Program-made: the position numbers and the translations under genes
The notes under the pieces: generated by a model
What the model saw: the letters and a program-made list of their open reading frames with translations, nothing else
The model's database searches: none
What the model was told of the DNA's origin: nothing
Source: a bacterium
GTDB lineage: Bacteria; Hinthialibacterota; Hinthialibacteria; Hinthialibacterales; Hinthialibacteraceae
Assembly: GCA_963663405.2 (NCBI GenBank)
Contig: CAXXSM010000102.1
Coordinates: 1-28,982, forward strand
Direction: 5' to 3'
Length of the DNA: 28,982 nucleotides
Shown: positions 8,031 to 16,434 of the stretch, piece by piece
Numbering within the stretch: the first letter of the stretch is position 1
Layout of the letters: every line of letters begins with the position of its first letter

Positions 8031-9452
8031 TCATTCTCCGGCGCCTTTTATTTCCTTTCTTAATTGATCCATTTCTTCGATTAACTGTTTCTGTTTATCA
8101 ATATGCTTCGGATCTCCGGCTAGGTTGTTCATTTCTATTGGGTCGTTTTTGAGATTGTAGAGTTCTTCGAAGGCTATTTCTTTTGGGTTGTTTATGTCGT
8201 ATGTGCGGATGTATTTCCAATCGTGGGTTCGGATGGCTTGGAGGGGCCATGAGCCGAGTTCGGGCTGCAGGGCTTCGTAGAGGAATTGGCTGCGCCAGTT
8301 GGTTTGGGATTGATTCGTTAGAAGGGGGGTGAGTGGTTTGCCTTGCGTATTTTTGGGGATGGGGAGATTCGCTAGATCGTACATCGTGGGAGCCAGGTCG
8401 ACGTTCAAAACGAGATCCTTGTTGACGCCATGCGCGATTCCCGGTCCGGCGATAACCATGGGGACGCGGATCGATTCTTCATACGCCAGCACCTTGCTTG
8501 TGAAGCCATGCTCGCCCATGAACCATCCATTGTCACCCATGAAAATGATGTACGTGTTCTCATTCAATCCGAGCCGTCCGGCTTCATCGAGCAGCGTTCC
8601 AAGCGCGGCGTCCAGTTCGGTGACCGCCGCGAAATAGCGCTGGAAATGGCGTTGAATGAAGGTTTCCGAATCGTATCCATACTCCATCGCGCGTGTATGG
8701 CTGCGGGCTTCTTTGAGGTAGGGCGGTTTTCCGGATAGATCGTCTTGCCACGAAGCGGGGACAGGCATCTTCGCCAATGGATATTTCCGGACCGTTTCAG
8801 GATGGACGTTCCAATCGAATTCGTGATTCATATGCGCCAGCTGGGTACAGTGGAAGAGAACGAAGGGCGCGTTCTCCTTCTCGCACGATCGCAGAAACGC
8901 GATGGATTGGGCGGTGTTGTAGTCTTCGATGAATCCTTTCGCGATCTTTCTTTTGCCATCCTCTAAAACAGACCGGTCGTAATATGGGCCGTTTGCGGCG
9001 AAATAAGGGAAATAATCGAATCCACATTCCTGCGGGGAATTCTTCAGATGCCATTTTCCCACCATGCCCGTGCGATAACCCGCTTCTTTGAATCGATGGG
9101 CGAAGGTTCGTTCTGTGTCATGTAAGCGGTTATTGCTGAGTCCCCGCACACCATTGGCCGATCCATACCGCCCGGTGAGACACGCGGCGCGGCTGGGGCT
9201 GCAGATGGATGTCGTGACGAACGCGTTCTCGAATCGCGTTCCACGTGCAGCCAACGCGTCCAGCGTGGGCGTTTGGATCAACGGATTCCCCGCGCAGCCC
9301 AGCGCGTCGTATCGCTGATCGTCCGTCAAAATAAAAATGAAATTGGGACGGTTGGATGGGCGCGCGGAGGCGAAATTCGCGCCCGTGATTCCAGCGGTCA
9401 GGACGATGGTTTGCTGGAGGAACGTTCGTCTATCAACATTGTTATTTTTCAT
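8031..9452 (-). CDS. Formylglycine-dependent sulfatase with Tat signal peptide
   Basis: DRRTFL twin-arginine motif, PNFIFILTDDQR, CSPSRAACLTG (CxPxR), GKWH, GDNG, ELYNLKNDPIE. Confidence 0.95.
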   Translation of the reverse strand: MKNNNVDRRTFLQQTIVLTAGITGANFASARPSNRPNFIFILTDDQRYDALGCAGNPLIQTPTLDALAARGTRFENAFVTTSICSPSRAACLTGRYGSANGVRGLSNNRLHDTERTFAHRFKEAGYRTGMVGKWHLKNSPQECGFDYFPYFAANGPYYDRSVLEDGKRKIAKGFIEDYNTAQSIAFLRSCEKENAPFVLFHCTQLAHMNHEFDWNVHPETVRKYPLAKMPVPASWQDDLSGKPPYLKEARSHTRAMEYGYDSETFIQRHFQRYFAAVTELDAALGTLLDEAGRLGLNENTYIIFMGDNGWFMGEHGFTSKVLAYEESIRVPMVIAGPGIAHGVNKDLVLNVDLAPTMYDLANLPIPKNTQGKPLTPLLTNQSQTNWRSQFLYEALQPELGSWPLQAIRTHDWKYIRTYDINNPKEIAFEELYNLKNDPIEMNNLAGDPKHIDKQKQLIEEMDQLRKEIKGAGE

Positions 9453-9512
9453 GGATGTTCTCCACGGAGGAATGAGACTGGTTTATATGTTTTATTATTT
9501 CATTAAAATGGG

Positions 9513-9965
9513 GGATGTCTATGTGGGGGTGTTTTTTGGTTAAGTGATTGTCTGAATCTGGATATACAGGATAAAAGGATATTCAGGATTGGATTATGTG
9601 TGTTGTGTTCACGGGCGAGGATAAGTGTGTTACATCGATCCACGGGTGGGGCCGCCCGCGTTCCATTGCGGGATGTCTATGTGGGAGTGTTTCTAGGGAG
9701 GGATCAGGGTGGATTGTCTGAACCCTGATTTAAAAGCCAGCCAGCTGGCGCTGTCTTAAAAGGATTAAAAGATTTTCATGATTTAAAATCAAGAGAATCA
9801 AGAAAATCAGGTGAATCACGGTTCAGACAAATTTCGATTTCGTAACTGGTATTTGTCTGAATCCAAAAAGCCCTGCGCAAACGCCAGTTGATGGGTAGGA
9901 TTAAAGGATATTCAAGATTGGATTATGTGTGTTGTGTTCACGGGCGGGCCGCCCGCGCTCCATTC
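9513..9965. repeat. Cluster of palindromic repeats between the divergent sulfatase and pduS genes
   Basis: Left arms at 9548 and 9853, complete TTGTCTGAACC...GGTTCAGACAA copy at 9714-9830, REP-like hairpins at 9641-9669 and 9939-9964, and local direct duplications (GGATGTCTATGTGGG twice; GATTGGATTATGTGTGTTGTGTTCACGGGCG twice). Confidence 0.85.
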
Positions 9966-10067
9966 AAACATGATGCTTGACGTTTATCTTTCTGTTGGAA
10001 AGAATATAATTATTAATTGCTCCGCGTTTTGGGCGGATACACTTTTTTTAGGGAAAACGGCGGTTTC

Positions 10068-11384
10068 GTGAATCAAGAGAACGGTTTTATCGAACGAATC
10101 AGGCAGAATGGGATTGTCGGCTGTGGCGGGGCGGGGTTTCCCACGTACGCGAAGCTGAAGTCGCCCATACGGTACCTCCTTATCAACGGCGCGGAATGCG
10201 AGCCTCTCCTTCATAAAGATAAAGAGATTCTGAAGAATTTCAGCGGCGCGCTTGTGGAAGGGATGGCGCGGATCAAGGAATATCTCCAAGCGGAAGAAGC
10301 TGTGTTGGGCATCAAAGAAAAATACACGGATGTGATTGAAATACTTCAACCCAAGTTACAATCGGGGATGCGCATCCATCCTCTCGGCGATTTCTATCCC
10401 GCGGGCGATGAATTTGTCCTTGTTTATGAAACGACGGGGCAAGTGATCCCGCGCGGGGGGCTTCCTCTTCATGTCGGCGCGGTGGTGATGAATGTCGAGA
10501 CGTTGTTGAACGTCGCGGAGGACCGGCCGGTTACATCCAAGTTTCTCACGATCGCGGGAGCGGTCAACGACCCGAAAACTGTACGCGTTCCAATTGGGAT
10601 TTCGTTCCGGGAAGCGATCGAACTATGTGGAGGAGCGTCGGTGGAACCATACGCTGTTCTGACCGGCGGCGTCATGATGGGCCGCCTGGCGCAGGATCTC
10701 GGCGCGCCGGTAACAAAGACCACCGGCGGTCTGTTGGTGTTCCCTGTCGATCACCCATTGATCCTCAAATACCAACGAAATTTCAAAGAGATCAACCTGA
10801 TCGGCAAATCGGCCTGCGATCAATGCTCGTTCTGTACGGAACTATGCCCGCGGTATCTGCTGGGCCATCCGATCGAGCCGCATATCGCCATGCGTTCGCT
10901 GGTCTTTAATCATGAGACCGCCCCGCCGGTGATGGGGACGTTGTTCTGTTGTGAGTGCAATCTTTGTACGATGATCGCGTGTCCTGAATCCTTAGATCCA
11001 AAGAATGTTTGTCTGCAGCATAAACAGCGGATGCGGGCGGAGAAGATCCCTTATCCTGAAGATATTCCCCACCGGCCCGTTCATGGGATGTTTGATGGCC
11101 GCCGCACGCCGATTTCACGCCTGATCGCCATGCTGGGTCTCAAACAATTTGTGAATAAAGGCCCTCTGACGGAGATCGATATTGATCCACAGGAAGTGAC
11201 GATCCCCCTCCGGTCGCACATCGGCGCGGCCGCGTCGCCGGCGGTTTCAGTTGGCGATTCCGTGTGTGTGGGAGATGAGATCGCGGCGATCGATCCGGAT
11301 GCGCTGTGTGTGCCGATTCACGCCAGTATCGATGGAGTTGTGGCGGCTGTGACCGATACGGATATTACTATTAAGAAGAATTAA
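10068..11384 (+). CDS. pduS: PduS-like (RnfC-related) flavin/Fe-S oxidoreductase
   Basis: GIVGCGGAGFPTYAKL, INGAECEPLL, YPAGDE, SLBB region TIAGAV, CDQCSFCTELCP and CCECNLCTMIACP clusters, C-terminal IPLRSHIGA...PIHASIDG. GTG start at 10068 is inferred; the ORF is open from 10017. Confidence 0.85.
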   Translation: MNQENGFIERIRQNGIVGCGGAGFPTYAKLKSPIRYLLINGAECEPLLHKDKEILKNFSGALVEGMARIKEYLQAEEAVLGIKEKYTDVIEILQPKLQSGMRIHPLGDFYPAGDEFVLVYETTGQVIPRGGLPLHVGAVVMNVETLLNVAEDRPVTSKFLTIAGAVNDPKTVRVPIGISFREAIELCGGASVEPYAVLTGGVMMGRLAQDLGAPVTKTTGGLLVFPVDHPLILKYQRNFKEINLIGKSACDQCSFCTELCPRYLLGHPIEPHIAMRSLVFNHETAPPVMGTLFCCECNLCTMIACPESLDPKNVCLQHKQRMRAEKIPYPEDIPHRPVHGMFDGRRTPISRLIAMLGLKQFVNKGPLTEIDIDPQEVTIPLRSHIGAAASPAVSVGDSVCVGDEIAAIDPDALCVPIHASIDGVVAAVTDTDITIKKN

Positions 11385-11403
11385 CGAAAGGTTTAAGTGA
11401 ATC

Positions 11404-11958
11404 ATGCCGAAGGCGATTGGAATGATCGAACTCTCCAGCATTGGGCTGGGTTATGAAGTGGAAGACGCGATGTTAAAAGCGTCGAATGCGGAACTGTTGA
11501 TCGCCCGCACGATCTGTTCCGGTAAATATATTGTAATCGTCGGCGGTGATGTGTCGGACGTGAAAAGCAGCGTGGCGGTTGGGGCGGAAACGGCCCCGGA
11601 CTCCATCATTGACACGCTGGTGATCCCGAATGTTCACGAGAGCCTCTTTCCCGCTATATCGCAATCGGTTCCCCTGACGCCGGAAATAACGAAAGCGCTG
11701 GGGATTGTGGAGACGTTTACCGTATCCAGCATTCTCGAAGCGGCTGACGCCGCCGCGAAAGCCGCCGACGTTACGCTTTTCCGCATCCACGTCGCGATGG
11801 CGATTGGAGGGAAAGGTTTTGTTTTAATGACTGGCGATGTCTCATCGATCCGCGCCGGTGTGGACGCCGCCGCCGCTGTGGCCAAGCAGCGGGGGGTCTT
11901 GGTCAGCCAGGTAGTGATTCCCGCTCCCCGGCGTGAATTGTTTGGGGAATTTATTTAG
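11404..11958 (+). CDS. pduT: PduT-like tandem BMC-domain shell protein
   Basis: Two BMC domains (AIGMIELSSIGLG..DAMLKA; ALGIVET...ADAAAKAA..IGGKG); TICSGKY has a Cys at the position equivalent to the PduT Fe-S ligand; directly follows pduS. Confidence 0.85.
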   Translation: MPKAIGMIELSSIGLGYEVEDAMLKASNAELLIARTICSGKYIVIVGGDVSDVKSSVAVGAETAPDSIIDTLVIPNVHESLFPAISQSVPLTPEITKALGIVETFTVSSILEAADAAAKAADVTLFRIHVAMAIGGKGFVLMTGDVSSIRAGVDAAAAVAKQRGVLVSQVVIPAPRRELFGEFI

Positions 11959-11971
11959 CCAATCGAGCGTG

Positions 11972-12091
11972 GCAATGGAGCGCGGGCGTCCCCGCCAGTG
12001 AATACATCATACAGCATCCTATTCTGTATATCTCCCTCATCCAGTCCATTAACGATCTACGCTTTCGCAGGGCTTTTTGGATTCAAAATAA
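11972..12091 (-). repeat. Degenerate inverted copy of the composite repeat at 9853-9964
   Basis: AATGGAGCGCGGGCG...GTGAA.ACA.CA.ACA..ATCC...CGCAGGGCTTTTTGGATTCA is colinear with the reverse complement of 9853-9964. Confidence 0.75.
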
Positions 12092-12163
12092 AACACTATC
12101 TATATAACCTCTACCGCAATCCAACCGTTATTTAACTAAAGACCAATCTACGGCGAAAATCTC

Positions 12164-13526
12164 ATGAATGCAAAAAAACGAAAACACTATATCGAAATAA
12201 CGCTCATTCTTATTGCGCTCGGTGGACTGCTATGCTGGCGGATTCCCGCTTTTCTCAACGCGCAGAATATTCTTACGGAAAGCAATTTTCCCGATCCGAT
12301 CTTCCGGGAGTGCGTTACGGACCGGATTGCGCGGAAGACGAATGGGCGGTTAACCCGCGCAGACGCCGCGAAGTATGAAGGCTCGTTGAAAATGGGAGGG
12401 GGGAGATATCCAATCCGCCGGTTTTATAAGAATGGTAAAGACAAATATGGAACCAGTATTGTTATACCTATCTATGACACATCAAACGTCAAGATACTCT
12501 CTTTGAAAGGCATCGAATATTTAACGGGTTTGACGGAATTGTGTGTTAAAGAAGATCATATCCAAGAGATTGATCTTTCCAAAAACAGTAACCTAAAAAT
12601 ATTGGAGCTCAGAGGCAAGAATATCAATGATGTTGATGTTACCAATCTGGTTCATTTGGAAGAACTATCTCTCGAATCGTTGGGGATTTCCTCTCTCGAT
12701 CTGTCCCGTAATGCACAATTGAAAAAACTGGTTTTGTATAACATTCCCAATCTGCAATCCATCGATCTTTCCCACCAAACACAGCTTACTGTAATGTCAA
12801 TTGGAAAGATGCCGTTTCAAGAGATTGATCTTTCCCATCAAACGCAGCTCACTGTATTGGCCGTTGGTAATATGCCGATTCAAGAAATAGATCTTTCCAA
12901 TCAAACGCAGCTCAATAAACTCTATCTCTTGGAAATGCCGATTCAAGATGTCGATCTCTCAAATAATACAGCCATACAGACGTTGTCATTACGATCAATG
13001 CCTTTTAACAAAGTCGATCTTAGCGCTCTGCCTAATGTCAAAGAATTATGGATGCAAGACTTATCAATTGATGAATTGGATATCACGAAGAATACACAGT
13101 TGACCAATCTCCATTGCGAGCAATGTGGTTTAACCGAGCTGGACCTTTCAAACAATCCAAAGATTACATGGCTCGATTGCAATGACAATCAATTCACCCA
13201 GCTGGATGTTCGTGGGGTTACCGAATTGGAGCAGATTGACTGCGAACGAAGCCAGCTGCAAGAGATTCTCTTTCCAGAGCAATCAAAAATCCGAGCGCTT
13301 TTTTTTAAGGGATAACCAGTTTCAATCTCTTCCCGATCTTTCCCTTCTCCCAATACTCCTCAATATAGATTTACGAGGGAGCAAACTCGAACAAACCAGT
13401 AAAAAAGAGATTGATGAATTTATCAAACGTTTAGGAAAGGGGCGTATCCGTAAAAATGACGATCGGCTTATGGATGGATTTGGATGTGATTTGGCGCAGA
13501 TGGAATATTTTGAAGAGGAAGAGTAG
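12164..13526 (+). pseudogene. Membrane-anchored internalin-like LRR protein, copy 1, frameshifted at T8 (13299-13306); about 453 aa if T7
   Basis: ORF 12164..13315 and the frame ending at 13526 together align with the intact paralogue 13670..14971. Removing one T gives IRALFLRDNQFQSLPDLS versus IRWLLLKDNKFQSLPDLS. Could be a sequencing error. Confidence 0.8.
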
Positions 13527-13537
13527 AGAGCCTCAAA

Positions 13538-13597
13538 GCCAATCCTGAATATCCACTTCAGTCAGCGCTTGCGCAGGGCTTTTTGGATTCAAAATAA
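13538..13597 (-). repeat. Partial inverted copy of the composite repeat at the duplication junction
   Basis: CCAATCCTGAATATCC...GCGCTTGCGCAGGGCTTTTTGGATTCA matches the reverse complement of the arms at 9853 and 4210. Confidence 0.65.
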
Positions 13598-13669
13598 AAC
13601 ACTATCTTTATAACCCCTACCGCAATCCAACCGTTATTTAACTAAAGACCAATCTACGGCGAAAATCTC

Positions 13670-14971
13670 ATGAATGCAAAAAAACGAAAACACTATATCG
13701 AAATAACGCTCATTCTTATTGCGCTCGGTGGACTGCTATGCTGGCGGATTCCCGCTTTTCTCAACGCGCAGAATATTCTTACGGAAAGCAATTTTCCCGA
13801 TCCGATCTTCCGGGAGTGCGTTACGGACCGGATTGCGCGGAGGACGAATGGGCGGTTAACCCGCGCAGACGCCGCGAAGTATGATCACTCGTTGAAAATG
13901 GGGGGATTTTATGATTATCCAATCCGCCGGTTTTATAAGCATGGTAAGGATAAAAGTGGGGCAAGTATTGTTATACCTACCTATGACACATCAAATGTCA
14001 AGATACTCTCTTTGAAAGGCATCGAATATTTAACGGGTTTGACAGAATTGTGTGTCCAGGAAGATCACATTAAAGAAATCGATCTCTCCAAGAATAGCAA
14101 CTTGAAAAAACTGGATCTTAGAGGCAAGAATATCAATGATGTTGATGTTACCAATATGGTTCATTTGGAAGAATTGATTCTTGCGTCGTTGGGAATATCT
14201 TCTATCGATCTGTCTCGTAATACACAATTGAAAAAACTGGTTTTGTATAATAATCCCAATCTGCAATCCATCGATCTTTCCCACCAAACACAGCTCACTG
14301 TATTGTCCGTTGGAAAGATGCCCATTCAAGAGATCGATCTTTCCAAGCAAACGCAGCTCATAGAGCTAATTCTCCGGGAAATGCCGATTAAAGATGTCGA
14401 TCTCTCCAAAAATACTGCCATACAGATATTGTCATTACAATCAATGCCAATTAACAAGATCGATCTTAGTGTTCTGCCTAATGTCAAGAATTTATGGATA
14501 CAAGACTTACCCATTGATGAATTGGATATCACGAAGAACACACAATTAACCAATCTCCATTGCGAGAAATGTGGTTTAACCGAGCTGGATCTTTCAAACA
14601 ATCCAAAGATTACATGGCTCGATTGCAATGACAATCAATTTTCCCAGCTGGATGTCCGCCCAGTTCCCGCATTGGCGCAGATAGACTGTGAACGAAACCA
14701 TCTGCAAGAGATTCTCTTTCCAGAGCAATCAAAAATCCGATGGCTTTTGTTGAAAGACAATAAATTTCAATCCCTACCGGATTTATCTAAACTACCTATC
14801 CTTCTCCGCATGGATCTACGCGGGAATGAACTGAATCAAGCGGATAAAAAAGAGATTGAATTACTGCTTGAACGCATGGGAAATCCTGTTGTCGATCGTG
14901 ATGATGACCGGTTGATGGATGGATTTGGCTGTGATTTTGTTCCGGCTGAAGATTACGTGAGGAAGGAATAG
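13670..14971 (+). CDS. Membrane-anchored internalin-like LRR protein, copy 2 (pilin-like N-terminal helix)
   Basis: Basic N-terminus plus hydrophobic helix, FPDPIFRECV cap, SLKGIEYLTGLTEL, 21-aa repeats (IDLSxxTxLxxLxLxxxPI). Confidence 0.88.
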   Translation: MNAKKRKHYIEITLILIALGGLLCWRIPAFLNAQNILTESNFPDPIFRECVTDRIARRTNGRLTRADAAKYDHSLKMGGFYDYPIRRFYKHGKDKSGASIVIPTYDTSNVKILSLKGIEYLTGLTELCVQEDHIKEIDLSKNSNLKKLDLRGKNINDVDVTNMVHLEELILASLGISSIDLSRNTQLKKLVLYNNPNLQSIDLSHQTQLTVLSVGKMPIQEIDLSKQTQLIELILREMPIKDVDLSKNTAIQILSLQSMPINKIDLSVLPNVKNLWIQDLPIDELDITKNTQLTNLHCEKCGLTELDLSNNPKITWLDCNDNQFSQLDVRPVPALAQIDCERNHLQEILFPEQSKIRWLLLKDNKFQSLPDLSKLPILLRMDLRGNELNQADKKEIELLLERMGNPVVDRDDDRLMDGFGCDFVPAEDYVRKE

Positions 14972-15142
14972 GATTGATATTTTGGATTGTCCGAGCGCAT
15001 TCATTTTGTTAATGATTGTCTCTTTTTATTAGTGGATTGATAAATCGATTCATACGGTTCGATTTGAACGATTGGATGGGCGGACGGTATTGTTTTTCCT
15101 TCTGGTATGAGGTATTGTATAGTATTCTTTTTTAGGTAGGTT

Positions 15143-15577
15143 ATGGTATTGAAAAGTAAACAATCGTCTTCGTTTACGTCTCATCATAAGAAAATCCTTA
15201 CGGCTCTTATTGCGGATAGCGGAGCGAGTTATACCCGTGTCTTGCGAGAGAGTCTGACGAAGATGGGATTGGTTGTCACCAATACGGCGAGTACGGGATT
15301 GGAAGCGGCGGTGTTGTTTGATAAACACCGGCACGATTTGGTGTTATTGGATATGCGGCTGCCTAAGGGAAGTGGGATCACGATACTGCGATTGATCCAT
15401 GAAATCTCACCTCAAACCCCCGTTATTATCTTGGCTACAGATGACAGTTCGCGTAACGTGGCGATGCAACTGGGCGCGTTGGATTTTATCTATAAACCTG
15501 CTGATGAGTCACAAATTAACCTTCGGGAAGCCATTCAAAAAGTCTTTAATTTATCAGAAGCGAAAAACGGCGGTTGA
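15143..15577 (+). CDS. Single-domain response regulator (CheY-like receiver)
   Basis: LIADS, DLVLLDMRLPKGSG (phospho-Asp), PVIILAT, GALDFIYKP; no output domain. Confidence 0.85.
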   Translation: MVLKSKQSSSFTSHHKKILTALIADSGASYTRVLRESLTKMGLVVTNTASTGLEAAVLFDKHRHDLVLLDMRLPKGSGITILRLIHEISPQTPVIILATDDSSRNVAMQLGALDFIYKPADESQINLREAIQKVFNLSEAKNGG

Positions 15578-15623
15578 ATTCCCATTCGTTACAACTGTTT
15601 CTTAAACGGCGTTGGTGAAAAAC

Positions 15624-15944
15624 TTAAGAATGTGTGAATGAATGCAACGCGGACGCTGGAGAAACAGTGATATCGATCTTTACCTTTTGATCGAGCTTAT
15701 TAAGGATGGTAATTAACCTTTCAATGCTAAAGCGTTTAAGGTCAGGTTTGCGAATACGGGAAAAATCACTTTGGTCTATCCCTGTCAATTTTTCCGCCTG
15801 TCTTGTCGAGAGTTTCCTCTCATCCAGAATACCGATTATTTCAGCGGCTAGCAAAGATTTGGCCTGAAGAACATCAGGATTTGGCGCATTAAAATCAAGA
15901 AAGACATTTCCGCTTCCACGTACGATTTCTAGTTCTTCACTCAT
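15624..15944 (-). CDS. XRE-family HTH protein, putative antitoxin
   Basis: GSGNVFLDF N-terminus, HTH (LSTRQAEKLTGIDQSDFSRI), FSIERLITIL; 4-bp overlap with the upstream toxin gene. Confidence 0.88.
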   Translation of the reverse strand: MSEELEIVRGSGNVFLDFNAPNPDVLQAKSLLAAEIIGILDERKLSTRQAEKLTGIDQSDFSRIRKPDLKRFSIERLITILNKLDQKVKIDITVSPASALHSFTHS

Positions 15945-16291
15945 TTTAATTTCTCCTTTATCATCTTGATTCGTTTGCGGATCAAATCGTTCTCAGGTTT
16001 TGGTGTTTTTATGCCGCTTTTCGATTTCTTCTTGAAAGCATGGATGATCCAAACATCATCATCTATCAGTACCGCATAGACAACGCGGTATGTGTCTGTT
16101 TGATGACGCATGGCAATCCGAAAAACACCAGAACCGAATCCTTTCATAGGCTTAGACGAGTCTGGCATTTTCCCTTCAGCCACGACGGTAAGAGCTACCA
16201 TAATATCGATCTGAACAGATACAGGAAAAGACACAAAATCTTTCCCCGCTGATTTGATCCATGATATTTTTCTCTTTGATTGTTTTCTCAT
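15941..16291 (-). CDS. RelE/ParE-superfamily (Gp49-like) toxin, toxin-first HigBA-type pair
   Basis: KPMKGFGSGVF.I, TYRVVYAV, IIHAFKKKSKSGIKTPK. Confidence 0.88.
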   Translation of the reverse strand: MRKQSKRKISWIKSAGKDFVSFPVSVQIDIMVALTVVAEGKMPDSSKPMKGFGSGVFRIAMRHQTDTYRVVYAVLIDDDVWIIHAFKKKSKSGIKTPKPENDLIRKRIKMIKEKLK

Positions 16292-16296
16292 AAATG

Positions 16297-16326
16297 AATG
16301 ATGGCAAAAATACCATCATTTGTCAA
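16297..16326 (-). promoter_or_regulatory. Toxin-antitoxin promoter with palindromic operator; probably leaderless mRNA
   Basis: Minus strand TTGACA (16326-16321), 17 nt, CATCAT (16303-16298), ATG 6 nt further on; inverted repeat AATGATGG-N8-CCATCATT covers the spacer. Confidence 0.7.
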
Positions 16327-16434
16327 GCAATATTCCTAGCCGTGTCTAACAGTTCTCTTGCGCCTATTCCCCAATACTTTGATCTCTATGTATAATCAAG
16401 TTCATCAGGAATCCGATTAGAAAGGTGGGAACAA

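Noticed and set aside
9977-10010. sigma70 promoter for pduS (TTGACG ... TATAAT)
   Set aside because: The boxes are 22 nt apart; at 17 nt the -10 is only AAGAAT. A promoter is plausible here but cannot be placed.
13182-13526. Independent 114-aa gene
   Set aside because: Only the part after 13306 is meaningful; it is the frameshifted C-terminus of LRR copy 1.
12164-14971. Diversity-generating retroelement template/variable repeat pair
   Set aside because: No reverse transcriptase in the window, and the differences between copies are not confined to adenines.
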